Shown: one piece after another, positions 1 to 9,959 of the stretch
Numbering within the stretch: the stretch's first letter is position 1
How the letters are laid out: the number at the start of each line of letters is the position of its first letter
Assembly: GCA_965219345.1 (NCBI GenBank)
Contig: OZ244732.1
Location: 1,152,001-1,216,000, forward strand
Reading direction: 5' to 3'
DNA: 64,000 nt
DNA from: Nitrosopumilus sp.
Lineage (GTDB): Archaea > Thermoproteota > Nitrososphaeria > Nitrososphaerales > Nitrosopumilaceae
Notes under the pieces: generated by a model
Database searches by the model: none
The model's input: only the letters and a program-made list of their open reading frames with translations
What the model was told of the DNA's origin: nothing
Made by a program: the position numbers and the translations under genes

Positions 1-290
1 ATTAATGGTCTTGCAAGTGCTGTAGCAAGACAATATTTTTTCTGATAAAGTGCATTGGCTTTAATTGATGGAAAAATGTAATCCTTGACAAACTCTTTTC
101 TTGCATCGATGTTGTAGTGCTTTTTTACACCAAGTTTTTTTGCCTTGTCTGCTATTTTTTTACTATCACCACCTTGTCCAACATCTACTGTTACTGTGAT
201 GACATCCATGTCATGTTCTGCTTGTAGATATTTTACAACCACTGAAGTGTCAAGTCCTCCAGAGAATGCAAGAATTCCTTTTTGAGTCAT
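1..290 (-). CDS. argG: argininosuccinate synthase, N-terminal part (runs off the window start)
   Basis: Not in the ORF track. Manual translation from ATG at 290 gives [22 protein letters not shown]...TVDVGQ...[18 protein letters not shown], the ArgG signatures. Confidence 0.95.
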   Translation of the reverse strand, partial: MTQKGILAFSGGLDTSVVVKYLQAEHDMDVITVTVDVGQGGDSKKIADKAKKLGVKKHYNIDARKEFVKDYIFPSIKANALYQKKYCLATALARPL

Positions 291-423
291 GTGAGCATCT
301 TTTTCGTTTTATTTTGGAATTTATCTTTTTGTGTTAGGCTGGGCTCCATTTTTTTCAAAAAACTTTTGCCTAGCTTAAGCTAAAATTCGATGATTATTTA
401 ACCGCCAAATATAACGCTGTTTT

Positions 424-1449
424 ATGAAAACTCGTTCAGCAATTTTTGCAGGTATTGCAGGAATTGCACTGTTATCTGTATTGGGAGTGACTCTTAGTTC
501 TAGTGATACTAGTCATGAAAATAAGATTCGTATTGCATATTTTCCAAACATTGGCCATGCTATTCCAATAGTAGGAATTGAAAAAGGATTCTTTGAAGAA
601 AGAATTGGAGATCAAACTAAAATTGAAACCAGAGTTTTTGATAGCGGACCACAGGCAATAGAATCTCTATTTGCTAATTCTGTTGATCTTGCATATGTTG
701 GACCAGGTCCTGCAATTAACGGATTTTTAAATTCAGATGATCATAACGTAAAGATTCTTGGAGGTGCCGCAAGTGGTGGTGCTAGCTTTATTGTTCATCC
801 AAACTCTGAAATTAACTCAGTTTCAGACTTTGCAGGAAAAAAAATTGCCGCTCCTCAAATTGGTAATACACAAGATGTTTCATTACGTCATCATCTTTCT
901 GAAAATGGATTAAAACCAGCTGAAAAGGGAGGTTCTGTAATTGTTTACAATATTTCAAATCCTGACATCTATACCCTATTTGTAAAAGGAGATATTGATG
1001 GTGCATGGATTGCAGAGCCTTGGGCCACAATTTTAGAAACCGAACTAGATGGAAAACGATTATTCCATGAAGAAGAATTATGGCCAAACAAGGAATTTGC
1101 ATCTGTTCTTTTAATTGGAAATGTAGATTACATTGAAAAAAATCCAATAATCATTGCTAATTTTTTGCAATCTCATCACGAAACAGTAACTTGGATTAAT
1201 ACAAATCCCATTGAAACTAGAATTGTTTTTAATGATTTTCTAAATTCATATTTAGGACAATCTTTGTCTGATGATGTTGTGGATATTGCATTGTCTAATC
1301 TTGTAATTACTGCAGATCCTTTACCTAATTCAGTTTTTTCCTTTGCTGAACGAGCTGATGCGCTAGGATACCTGGGAAGAAATGGGTACGATTTGTCTGA
1401 AATTTTTCTCAATTTTGATATAAATTCTATAGTGGAGGAAAGTACGTAG
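424..1449 (+). CDS. ABC transporter substrate-binding protein, nitrate/sulfonate/taurine (SsuA/TauA-like) family
   Basis: N-terminal anchor, then YFPNIGHA, GPQAIESL..DLAYVGPGP and GNTQDV motifs. In an operon with an ATPase and a permease. Confidence 0.85.
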   Translation: MKTRSAIFAGIAGIALLSVLGVTLSSSDTSHENKIRIAYFPNIGHAIPIVGIEKGFFEERIGDQTKIETRVFDSGPQAIESLFANSVDLAYVGPGPAINGFLNSDDHNVKILGGAASGGASFIVHPNSEINSVSDFAGKKIAAPQIGNTQDVSLRHHLSENGLKPAEKGGSVIVYNISNPDIYTLFVKGDIDGAWIAEPWATILETELDGKRLFHEEELWPNKEFASVLLIGNVDYIEKNPIIIANFLQSHHETVTWINTNPIETRIVFNDFLNSYLGQSLSDDVVDIALSNLVITADPLPNSVFSFAERADALGYLGRNGYDLSEIFLNFDINSIVEEST

Positions 1450-2214
1450 ATGACTAAATTAGAAGCAAAAAATATTGTGAAGCACTTTAGTCACGACTCT
1501 CACAAACTTACAGCACTGGGTGGAATTAACCTAAAAGTTGAAGCTGGGGACTTTGTATGTTTGGTAGGTCCATCAGGTTGTGGGAAATCTACATTTTTAC
1601 GAATAATTGCAGGTTTGGAGAAACCTGATGCGGGACAAATTATGTTTGACAGTCATTCCGTTACTGAGACTAGCCCAGAGAGAATTATGGTATTTCAGGA
1701 GGGTGCGCTATTTCCATGGCTTACGGTTCAGGATAATGTGGAATTTGGATTAAAGATGGCGGGTATTCCAAAGGAGGAACGAGCAAAGATCTCAAATCGA
1801 TATCTGGATATGATGCAACTAACAAAATTTGCAGATTCTTATACTTATCAACTTTCAACTGGAATGAAACAGCGTGTAGCTATTGCTAGAGCTCTTGTAA
1901 TGGATCCTGATGTATTGTTGATGGACGAACCATTTGCAGCACTTGATGCACAAACTCGTGATTTACTATTAGTTGAGATGCAGCTAATTTGGGAAAAGAC
2001 AAAGAAGACAATTTTATTTGTAACTCATAATGTTGCAGAAGCTACAGTTCTTGGAACCAAAGTAGCTGTTTTCAGCAACCGTCCATCAATTATCAAAAAA
2101 GAATTTGAAAATAATTTTCCACGACCTAGGGTAACTGAAGATGAGTCATTACTCAAACTCCAACAAGACATCTTAACAGAACTTAGACCTGAGGTAAAAA
2201 AAAGTAGAGAGTGA
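1450..2214 (+). CDS. ABC transporter ATP-binding protein (SsuB/TauB-like)
   Basis: Walker A GPSGCGKS, signature variant LSTGMKQR, Walker B LLMDEPF. Confidence 0.92.
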   Translation: MTKLEAKNIVKHFSHDSHKLTALGGINLKVEAGDFVCLVGPSGCGKSTFLRIIAGLEKPDAGQIMFDSHSVTETSPERIMVFQEGALFPWLTVQDNVEFGLKMAGIPKEERAKISNRYLDMMQLTKFADSYTYQLSTGMKQRVAIARALVMDPDVLLMDEPFAALDAQTRDLLLVEMQLIWEKTKKTILFVTHNVAEATVLGTKVAVFSNRPSIIKKEFENNFPRPRVTEDESLLKLQQDILTELRPEVKKSRE

Positions 2215-2978
2215 TCATGATGGGAAAAAATTTTACACCTCATAGAATTGCATTTTACATTGGAATTATTGTTGTTTGGCAAATTATTTCAATGGCAGGA
2301 GTTTGGCCTGATAATATTTTTCCATCTCCATATGAAGTAGCTGAAGACTTGGCATATGGTGCAGCAGATGGTAGTCTGTTTTATGGAATTGCAACTAGCA
2401 TGTGGAGATTATCTATTGGGTTAGCAATTGCAATTAGTGGAGGGGTTGTCTTGGGAATTTTCATGGCAAGAATTGAAGTTATCAATCAAACTTTAGGCTC
2501 TTTAGTTTTAGGATTGCAATCAATTCCTTCAATTGCATGGGTTCCACTTGCAATTCTTTGGTTTGGATTAACAGATGGCGGAATTATTTTTGTTACTGCA
2601 ATTGGGGCAATCTTTGCGGTTACAATAAACACCTACACTGGAGTCAAAAACATTGATCCTCACTATATTGAGGCTGCAAGAAATATGGGTGCAAAGGGTG
2701 GTCAGCTAATTACAGCTGTCTTGATACCTGCTGCATTTCCATACATGATTTCTGGCTTTAAACAAGGTTGGGCATTTGCATGGAGAGGCATAATTGGTGC
2801 TGAACTGTTATTTTCTTTCCTAGGACTAGGATTCCTACTTAATGCAGGACGTTCTCTAAATGATGTCTCACAAGTCATTGCAATAATGATTGTAATTATG
2901 GGAATTGGCCTTGTAATTGATGGCATTGTCTTCAAAAGATTAGAAAACAAAGTAATGTCTAGATGGGGATTACGGTAA
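2211..2978 (+). CDS. ABC transporter permease (SsuC/TauC-like)
   Basis: Multiple TM helices, EAA loop IEAARNMGA, AWRGIIGAEL motif. Confidence 0.9.
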   Translation: MIMMGKNFTPHRIAFYIGIIVVWQIISMAGVWPDNIFPSPYEVAEDLAYGAADGSLFYGIATSMWRLSIGLAIAISGGVVLGIFMARIEVINQTLGSLVLGLQSIPSIAWVPLAILWFGLTDGGIIFVTAIGAIFAVTINTYTGVKNIDPHYIEAARNMGAKGGQLITAVLIPAAFPYMISGFKQGWAFAWRGIIGAELLFSFLGLGFLLNAGRSLNDVSQVIAIMIVIMGIGLVIDGIVFKRLENKVMSRWGLR

Positions 2979-2994
2979 TCTTAGAAATTATTTT

Positions 2995-4095
2995 TTATAT
3001 TCTAACTTTTAGTGATACTGCAAAAGCACATGCAATAATTGCAATTGCAAAATACATTACTGCAATATAGTCAAATGCAAATGCAATACTTCCTGCGATT
3101 ACAGGACCCAATACTGTAGCAATTGATAATGTAGAGCTAAAGATTCCAGTGGATGTGGAGCGTGGATTGTTCTCCATTAGATGAAAGTTTCCCCCAATGA
3201 ATAAAAATGCCCATGTTCCACCCACAAGTGCCATAAATGGCATTGCCATCCACCAATCAGTAATTACTGATAATCCTACAAATACAAATACAGTACAACC
3301 AATTCCAATTTTAAATTTAGTTATATTTGAGATATTAATCCTGCTTGCCATCAAGTTCATCAAAATAAATGCAGTCAATGTATTTGCAACATAGATGATT
3401 GATATTTGATAAAGTTCTGCACCTAATTTTTCTATTAACATTAACGGAAGAATTGTCCATACAGCTGCTGCTCCAATATGTCTTAGTAATAATGATAAGA
3501 ACAGAAACTTATTTTTTAAAATAATTTTCTTTGTAGTTCCTGGTTCTAACTCTTTTTCCTGAATTGTGTTTGGTAACTTTATTGTAAACATTAATCCAAT
3601 TAAAAATGAGGCTGCACTAATTATGAAAATTAATTTTAGATCATTTGCAAATCCAGCAGCTGCAATTCCTGCAAGCCATCCTAATGCATGAAATGAAATT
3701 ATAGTAGCAGCTCTTTTTCTCTCAACATTTATCTCATATGCATATGCAATCATTGCAGGGATCATAATTCCACTTGCAATTCCCGCTCCTATTCTTGCCA
3801 GAAATAACAGAGTAATGTCATCTGCAAAATAATGTAATCCAAAGGCTGCAGCACATCCAATGAAGCCAATTCTGATGAATTTGAGCCTAGTTCCCTTCTT
3901 ATCTGAATGTCTGCCAAAATAGATTTCAGATAAAATCTGAGCAAAGCTAAATGAGGCTACAATAAGTCCAATCTCAAGGATGGAATCTGTAACACCTTTT
4001 GCAATAATGGGCATAAATACAAAGATAATGGATACTCCAGCATGTTGAAAAAAGGTTGCACTACGAATTCGATTATTTAATTGAAGATTTTGCAT
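2995..4095 (-). CDS. MFS transporter
   Basis: About 12 hydrophobic segments and an MFS motif-A-like GRHSDKKG. Confidence 0.8.
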   Translation of the reverse strand: MQNLQLNNRIRSATFFQHAGVSIIFVFMPIIAKGVTDSILEIGLIVASFSFAQILSEIYFGRHSDKKGTRLKFIRIGFIGCAAAFGLHYFADDITLLFLARIGAGIASGIMIPAMIAYAYEINVERKRAATIISFHALGWLAGIAAAGFANDLKLIFIISAASFLIGLMFTIKLPNTIQEKELEPGTTKKIILKNKFLFLSLLLRHIGAAAVWTILPLMLIEKLGAELYQISIIYVANTLTAFILMNLMASRINISNITKFKIGIGCTVFVFVGLSVITDWWMAMPFMALVGGTWAFLFIGGNFHLMENNPRSTSTGIFSSTLSIATVLGPVIAGSIAFAFDYIAVMYFAIAIIACAFAVSLKVRI

Positions 4096-4208
4096 AAATG
4101 TACATGTAATTCACCTTTTACCTAATTTCAACATACGTATCAATCACCTCAATGTTTGTGGATTTTTCTGAAAAGAGTTAAACTGTGCTAAAACATTTTG
4201 AAATTAGG

Positions 4209-5171
4209 TTGACAGAAAAAGAACTATTTTTAGATGCATTACAAAATAGAATCTTACTTTTTGATGGTGCAATGGGAACTGAGATTCAAAAGCATGATCC
4301 AAAACCAGAAGACTTTCCAAACAATCAAGATGGTTTTAATGATGGTTTAGTGTTGACGCATCCTGAATGGATTAAAGAAATTCACAGAAATTATTTGGAT
4401 GCAGGAGCTGATTGTATTGAAACAAATTCTTTTGGCTCAAACAAAATAAAATTAGATGAATATGGTTTTGGTGATCAAACAGTTGATTTTAATAAAAAAA
4501 TTGCACAATTAGCATCTGAAGTTTGTGAAAAATATTCAGAAACACCACGATATGTAATTGGTTCTATGGGCCCAACAGGTTTTCTTCCCAGCTCAACTGA
4601 TCCTGACTTGGGACAAAAACCACTTGATGAAATTAGAGAAGCATTTGAGCTACAGGCAGAAGGATTGATTCTTGGGGGCGTTGATGCATTACTCGTTGAA
4701 ACGAGTCAGGATATCTTAGAAGTAAAATTAGTAATTGAGGCATGTCATAATGCCATAAAAAAGACCGGTAAGAAAATTCCCATCATTTCTAATACTACTT
4801 TAGATCAATATGGAAAAATGTTGCTTGGAACAAATATCCAAGCTGCATACACAACAGTTTCTGATATGGGAATTGATGTGTTTGGATTGAATTGCTCTAC
4901 TGGCCCAATTGAAATGAATCCAAGTGTAAGATGGCTTGATGAACAAAATGAACACAGTATATTGGTAGTTCCAAACGCAGGTATGCCTGAAAATCAAGGA
5001 GGAAAGGCAGTATACAAGATGACTCCTGAAAAGATGGGTGATGCACTAGGTGATTTTCTTAATCAATACAAAAAGGTACGAATCATTGGTGGTTGTTGTG
5101 GAACAAATCCTGAACACATCAAAGTTCTGAGAAAAGTAATTGACGAAAAAGCCAACTCTCTCAAGGGTTAG
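4209..5171 (+). CDS. metH: methionine synthase, homocysteine S-methyltransferase module (split MetH, part 1)
   Basis: FDGAMGT, GLNCSTGP, PNAG and GGCCGT Zn-binding motifs. TTG start chosen at 4209. Confidence 0.92.
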   Translation: MTEKELFLDALQNRILLFDGAMGTEIQKHDPKPEDFPNNQDGFNDGLVLTHPEWIKEIHRNYLDAGADCIETNSFGSNKIKLDEYGFGDQTVDFNKKIAQLASEVCEKYSETPRYVIGSMGPTGFLPSSTDPDLGQKPLDEIREAFELQAEGLILGGVDALLVETSQDILEVKLVIEACHNAIKKTGKKIPIISNTTLDQYGKMLLGTNIQAAYTTVSDMGIDVFGLNCSTGPIEMNPSVRWLDEQNEHSILVVPNAGMPENQGGKAVYKMTPEKMGDALGDFLNQYKKVRIIGGCCGTNPEHIKVLRKVIDEKANSLKG

Positions 5172-5203
5172 GTATTTAGAAAAACTGAGGTGATTTTATT
5201 ATA

Positions 5204-7702
5204 TTGGCTATCCCTAGAGTAAGTTCTGCACTAAAAGCAGTTGATCTAAAACAAATTCCAACCCCTCTAATCATTGGGGAGAGAATTAACACTCAGGGTT
5301 CTCATAAAGCAAAGCAGCTAGTTCTTGCTGATGATTATGACGGTCTAGTTGATTTGGCAAGGGCACAGGTTGAAGATGGTGCTCATTGTCTTGATGTTTG
5401 CGTTGCAACTACAGAACGTTCTGACGAACGTGAGTTTATGTTAAATCTCGTTAAAAGATTAAGTTTGGAAATTGATGCACCCCTTGTAATTGATTCAACC
5501 GATCCCGAAGTGGTTGAAGCATCCGTAAAACAAATTCCAGGAAGACCAATAATTAATTCAATTAATCTTGAAGGGGATGGTAGCAGATTTCAAAAGCTAG
5601 CTCCCATAATGGCAAAGTATGGATTGCCTTCCATTGCATTGTGCATTGGACCAAATGGTATGGCAAAAACTCCACAACAAAAGGTAGAGACTGCTGAACT
5701 TCTTTATGAAACTGGAAAAAAATATGGGTTAAAAATTGAACAATTTATTTTTGATGTCCTTACATTTACTTTAGCTACGGGAGAAGATGAATTTCTTGAC
5801 GCAGGAAAAAATACTTTAGAAGGAATTCGTCTTGTTAAGGAAAGATTCCCAAACTCATTTACTACATTAGGCCTTAGCAACATCAGCTTTGGCCTTGCCC
5901 CATATGCAAGAAAAATTATTAATTCAGTATTTCTGTATCATGCACTAAAGTCTGGACTTGACACAGCTATTGTAAATGCTAAAGAGATTATTCCTTATGG
6001 TGAGATTAATGACAAAGAGCGAAAACTTACTGAAGATTTAATTTTTAACACTCATCCAAATGCCCTACCGGAATTAATTTCTTATTTTGAAAAGATAGAT
6101 TCCAAAAGTAGTACTTCTGACAAAAAAGTTGATGTTGATCCTTCTTGGTCTCCTGGAAAACGCGCTAATTTCAGAATTGTAAATAGGCTCAAAAATGGTA
6201 TTCAGAATGATGTTGTATCTGCAATTGCAGAAAAGCTAGGTAAAAATGAACTAATCAAAGAAAATGATGGAATTTTGTCTCTGGATGCTACTCAAGAAAT
6301 TACACATGATGGTGCAATCAGAACTCTCAATGAAGACTTACTTCCTGCAATGAAGGAGGTTGGCGATAAATTTGGTGCAGGAGAGTTAATCTTACCATTT
6401 GTTCTCAAATCTGCTGAATGTATGAAAGCAGCAGTTGATGAACTTGAAAAGTATTTGCTAAAAAAAGAGGGAGTTAGTAAAGGTAAGCTTGTTTTGGGAA
6501 CAGTTTATGGCGATGTGCATGATATTGGAAAGAATTTGGTAAAGACAATCTTTCAAAATAATGGTTACACTGTATATGATTTGGGCAAACAAGTTCCATT
6601 ACAAAAATTCTTAGAAAAAATTGATGAAGTTAATCCTGATGCTATAGGTTTGTCTGCATTGTTAGTTTCAACTTCAAAGCAGATGCAGTTTTTTGTAGAA
6701 CATGCAAGAAAAAACAAAATGACTCTCCCAATTCTCTGTGGTGGTGCTGCAATTAACACCAACTACATTAACAGAATTGCAAAAGTTGATGGAATCTACG
6801 AACCTGGTGTATTTTACTGCAATACCATGTTTGAAGGGCTTAAAACAATGGATGTTTTGGTTTCAGATGAAAAACCAAAACTTTTAGCTACATGGAAAGA
6901 AAAGATGGAAAATTGGAAAGAAAAATCTACGGCTTCAGTAGATTCAGCAAACCTTCCAAAGAGTGACATTAAACCGGTAGAATTCCCAACTCCTAAAAGT
7001 ATTGGAGAAACAATTCATCTAAAAGCAGATCAAATCAATATGGATGAAGTTTGGCAGATGATTGACAAAAAATCACTATTCAAGTTATCTTGGGGTCTCA
7101 GAGGAAAAGCAGGCTCTGAATCAGAGGAAGACCATGAAGATTTGTTAAACCAATGGAAGATTAGAATAATTAGAGAAAAACTCTTCGAGTCTGAGGTAGT
7201 CTATGGGTACTTTAGATGTCACAACAAAGATGGAAAATTACTTGTTGAAAATCCTGCAGGTAATGATGTGGAATTTGATTTTCCACGTTCTACAAAACCA
7301 GAACATCTCTGTTTGACTGATTATTTTGGTAAAGATGACATTGTTGCATTCCAATCAGTAACCGTGGGCAACAAAGTAGTAGAAATAATAGAACAATGGA
7401 ACAAAGAAGACAAGTATGCTGATGCTTACTATTTACATGGATTGGCAGTTGAAGTGGCAGAAGCCTTGGCAGAATGGATTAATCAAAAAATTAAATCTGA
7501 ACTGAATCTAGAACAAGGTGGACTCCGATACAGCTGGGGATTTCCTAGTTGCCCTGACGTATCACAACATCATTTAGTCTGGAAACTCTTACATCCAGAA
7601 AAATCTGGAATGACATTAACCGAATCTGGTCAAATTATTCCTGAACAATCAACTGCAGCAATTGTTATTCATCATCCAAAAGCAAAATATTTTGTACTTT
7701 AA
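5204..7702 (+). CDS. metH: methionine synthase, pterin-binding, B12-binding and reactivation modules (split MetH, part 2)
   Basis: IGERINTQGS, cobalamin motif GDVHDIGKN, GLSALL, RYSWGFPSCPD. Confidence 0.93.
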   Translation: MAIPRVSSALKAVDLKQIPTPLIIGERINTQGSHKAKQLVLADDYDGLVDLARAQVEDGAHCLDVCVATTERSDEREFMLNLVKRLSLEIDAPLVIDSTDPEVVEASVKQIPGRPIINSINLEGDGSRFQKLAPIMAKYGLPSIALCIGPNGMAKTPQQKVETAELLYETGKKYGLKIEQFIFDVLTFTLATGEDEFLDAGKNTLEGIRLVKERFPNSFTTLGLSNISFGLAPYARKIINSVFLYHALKSGLDTAIVNAKEIIPYGEINDKERKLTEDLIFNTHPNALPELISYFEKIDSKSSTSDKKVDVDPSWSPGKRANFRIVNRLKNGIQNDVVSAIAEKLGKNELIKENDGILSLDATQEITHDGAIRTLNEDLLPAMKEVGDKFGAGELILPFVLKSAECMKAAVDELEKYLLKKEGVSKGKLVLGTVYGDVHDIGKNLVKTIFQNNGYTVYDLGKQVPLQKFLEKIDEVNPDAIGLSALLVSTSKQMQFFVEHARKNKMTLPILCGGAAINTNYINRIAKVDGIYEPGVFYCNTMFEGLKTMDVLVSDEKPKLLATWKEKMENWKEKSTASVDSANLPKSDIKPVEFPTPKSIGETIHLKADQINMDEVWQMIDKKSLFKLSWGLRGKAGSESEEDHEDLLNQWKIRIIREKLFESEVVYGYFRCHNKDGKLLVENPAGNDVEFDFPRSTKPEHLCLTDYFGKDDIVAFQSVTVGNKVVEIIEQWNKEDKYADAYYLHGLAVEVAEALAEWINQKIKSELNLEQGGLRYSWGFPSCPDVSQHHLVWKLLHPEKSGMTLTESGQIIPEQSTAAIVIHHPKAKYFVL

Positions 7703-8436
7703 CTAACTGATTTTTCTAAAAATTCATTCAAGCCATTAAAATCACTGGGTGATGTAATCAATACATCCCCTGTAATTTTATGTGCTTTTTTTACAAATTC
7801 CTCAAACTCTTGACTGTGTGATGAGAATTCCAAATTCAAAAATTTGGCAGATTTTTGATTTTTTTCAGAAGGAAATAAGATAATTGGAATTACTAAAAAT
7901 CCTTTTAAATTGTTGGAGAGATTTTGCACTTGTTCTAGATTTTCAACTACTTGTGTCATGAATCCTTTGGGATTTGCTTCTAATTTTTTTCCAATTTTAG
8001 AAAAATTGGGTTTATTTGAAATTGAAAGATATAAATCAATTTTTGAATCAATACCTTTCTCTCTTAGTCTCTTTACAGTTGTGCTTGGAATCTGATCTAA
8101 ATCTAGTTTCCCAGTTTGTGATGGGTCTCCCATGAGTACCAAAATCCCTGAAAGGCCTATGGAGATACAATTCTCTACAAATTCTGAAATCTCTTTTTCA
8201 CTCTTGTCTCTAACTCTAAGACTAATTGTAATTGGAATATCCGGAATTTCTTTTCTAATGATCTTTCCAACTTCAATTGGTGATACCCTTTGATACCCTA
8301 ACACATTTTCAGTAAGATGTATTGCATCACATTTTTTTGAAATAATTTTTATTTTTTCGATAAATTTTACAATTGATTCATTTGTGTCCACATTAGGCAA
8401 AATCTTAGGTGGATTTGCTTCATATCTGATTGTCAT
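7699..8436 (-). CDS. metF: methylenetetrahydrofolate reductase-like protein (short MetF)
   Basis: YEANPP, RVRD, LVLMGDP and FMTQ motifs, convergent with metH. Start set at ATG 8436. Confidence 0.7.
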   Translation of the reverse strand: MTIRYEANPPKILPNVDTNESIVKFIEKIKIISKKCDAIHLTENVLGYQRVSPIEVGKIIRKEIPDIPITISLRVRDKSEKEISEFVENCISIGLSGILVLMGDPSQTGKLDLDQIPSTTVKRLREKGIDSKIDLYLSISNKPNFSKIGKKLEANPKGFMTQVVENLEQVQNLSNNLKGFLVIPIILFPSEKNQKSAKFLNLEFSSHSQEFEEFVKKAHKITGDVLITSPSDFNGLNEFLEKSVS

Positions 8437-8510
8437 GCTGTCATTTTTTCTGTCCTTGGTTAAAACCTTTGAATACCAAAACCCAAATGGAATTGTAGGA
8501 AAGAAATAAG

Positions 8511-9059
8511 ATGCTTTTTGATGATTTAAAACCAATACTTTCAAGCCCCATAAATCCTATGATAGAAACTGATGGAAGATACAGATTGGCGTCAGTGCTT
8601 GTAGTAATTTATGGTAAAGAACCAACTATTATAATGACTGAAAAACCTAAACATATGAGATTTCATGCAGGCGAAATTTCATTTCCTGGTGGAAAATTAG
8701 ATGCCGGCGATTCGGATCTTTTACAAACAGCATTACGTGAAACAAGTGAAGAAATTGGACTTGAAATTACAAAAGAACAGATAACTGGTCAATTGGAACC
8801 TGTTGTTACTTTGAATTCTGGTTTTTTGATTTTACCATTTATCTCAGTTATTGATGAGATTCCAACACTTGCAGCAAACTCTGAAGTTGAAAAAATTTTT
8901 CATATTAAACTAGAACCCTTTTTGAAAACTATGGCAAATGATCCAAATCCATCTCATAACATCATTCAAGAAATGTACACTTTTGAATATCAAAATCAAA
9001 TAGTGTGGGGAGCTTCAGCTAGAATCCTAAGACAAATACAAAATCTTCTAAAACCCTGA
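8511..9059 (+). CDS. Nudix hydrolase, CoA pyrophosphatase type
   Basis: HAGEISFPGG, Nudix box ALRETSEEIGL, VWGASA. Confidence 0.88.
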   Translation: MLFDDLKPILSSPINPMIETDGRYRLASVLVVIYGKEPTIIMTEKPKHMRFHAGEISFPGGKLDAGDSDLLQTALRETSEEIGLEITKEQITGQLEPVVTLNSGFLILPFISVIDEIPTLAANSEVEKIFHIKLEPFLKTMANDPNPSHNIIQEMYTFEYQNQIVWGASARILRQIQNLLKP

Positions 9060-9096
9060 GATTCATTTAAAAAGAGCTCTTCGTGCCTGAAAATCT

Positions 9097-9255
9097 ATGG
9101 CCGCACGCAAGTCTTCTCCGAGAAAGATTCGCCTGCTAAAAAAAACAAAGCAGGCAGTACCAGTACCAGCTTGGATAATTCTCAAAACAAAGCGAGCTGT
9201 TAGAACAAATCCAAAACGTAGAGCTTGGAGATCAACTGATGTGGAGGTAGGATAG
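9097..9255 (+). CDS. rpl39e: 50S ribosomal protein L39e
   Basis: Below the ORF-track cutoff. MAARKSSPRKIRLLKKTKQAVPVPAWIILKTKRAVRTNPKRRAWRSTDVEVG, abutting rpl31e. Confidence 0.93.
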   Translation: MAARKSSPRKIRLLKKTKQAVPVPAWIILKTKRAVRTNPKRRAWRSTDVEVG

Positions 9256-9924
9256 ATGTCTCAAGAATTAGAAAGAGTTTATACAATTAATCTAGGTAAA
9301 GTCAAGCTCTCACAGTCACAACATAGAGCTGTTAGAGCAATTAACATGATTAAAGAATTTGCTCGTCATCATATGAAAGTCGAGGAAATTAAAATTGAAG
9401 AAGAACTAGCTCATCAAGTTTGGGCAAGAGGAATCAGAAGTCCTCCAAGAAAAATTCGAGTTAGAATGAGCAAGACCGATGAAGGTTATATTCTTGTTTC
9501 TCAATATGACGAAGAAGCAGAATCTAAAGTTACTCCTGAAAAAGATGCCAAGAAAGTTGAAGATCAAGTAGAAGAACCATCTACGGAAGCCAAGAAAGTT
9601 GAAGATCAAGTAGAAGAACCATCTACGGAAGCCAAGAAAGTTGAAGATCAAGTAGAAGAACCATCTACGGAAGCCAAGAAAGTTGAAGATAAAATAGAAG
9701 AACCATCTACGGAAGCCAAGAAAGTTGAAGATAAAATAGAGAAGCCAGCTAAAGAAGCACCAAAGAAAGAGAAGCCAATACCAAAGAAAGAGAAGCCAGC
9801 TAAAGAAGCACCAAAGGAAGAGAAGCCAGCTAAAGAAGCACCAAAGAAAGAGAAGCCAGCTAAAGAAGCACCAAAGGAAGAGAAGCCAGCTAAAGAAGCA
9901 CCAAAGAAAGAACCTAAAAAATAA
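9256..9924 (+). CDS. rpl31e: 50S ribosomal protein L31e with a long repetitive C-terminal extension
   Basis: ERVYTINL, RAVRAI..IKEF..HHMK and VWARGI.SPPRKIRV motifs, followed by Lys/Glu/Pro repeats. Confidence 0.93.
   Translation: MSQELERVYTINLGKVKLSQSQHRAVRAINMIKEFARHHMKVEEIKIEEELAHQVWARGIRSPPRKIRVRMSKTDEGYILVSQYDEEAESKVTPEKDAKKVEDQVEEPSTEAKKVEDQVEEPSTEAKKVEDQVEEPSTEAKKVEDKIEEPSTEAKKVEDKIEKPAKEAPKKEKPIPKKEKPAKEAPKEEKPAKEAPKKEKPAKEAPKEEKPAKEAPKKEPKK
9547..9911 (+). repeat. coding tandem repeats: about 4.6 x 42 bp (AKKVEDQVEEPSTE), then about 5 x 30 bp (EKPAKEAPKK/E)
   Basis: GCCAAGAAAGTTGAAGATCAAGTAGAAGAACCATCTACGGAA is exact at 9547, 9589 and 9631, with a variant at 9673. GAGAAGCCAGCTAAAGAAGCACCAAAG units follow. 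Confidence 0.95.
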
Positions 9925-9959
9925 ATTCCTTCAAAAAATTATAATTTTAAAAAATTATT

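Noticed and set aside
812-3394. Short antisense ORFs inside well-supported genes here and throughout the window
   Set aside because: They overlap confident CDSs on the opposite strand and have no motifs.
9406-9651. Antisense ORF with repeated FRRWFFYLIFNFLG
   Set aside because: Shadow of the rpl31e repeats.
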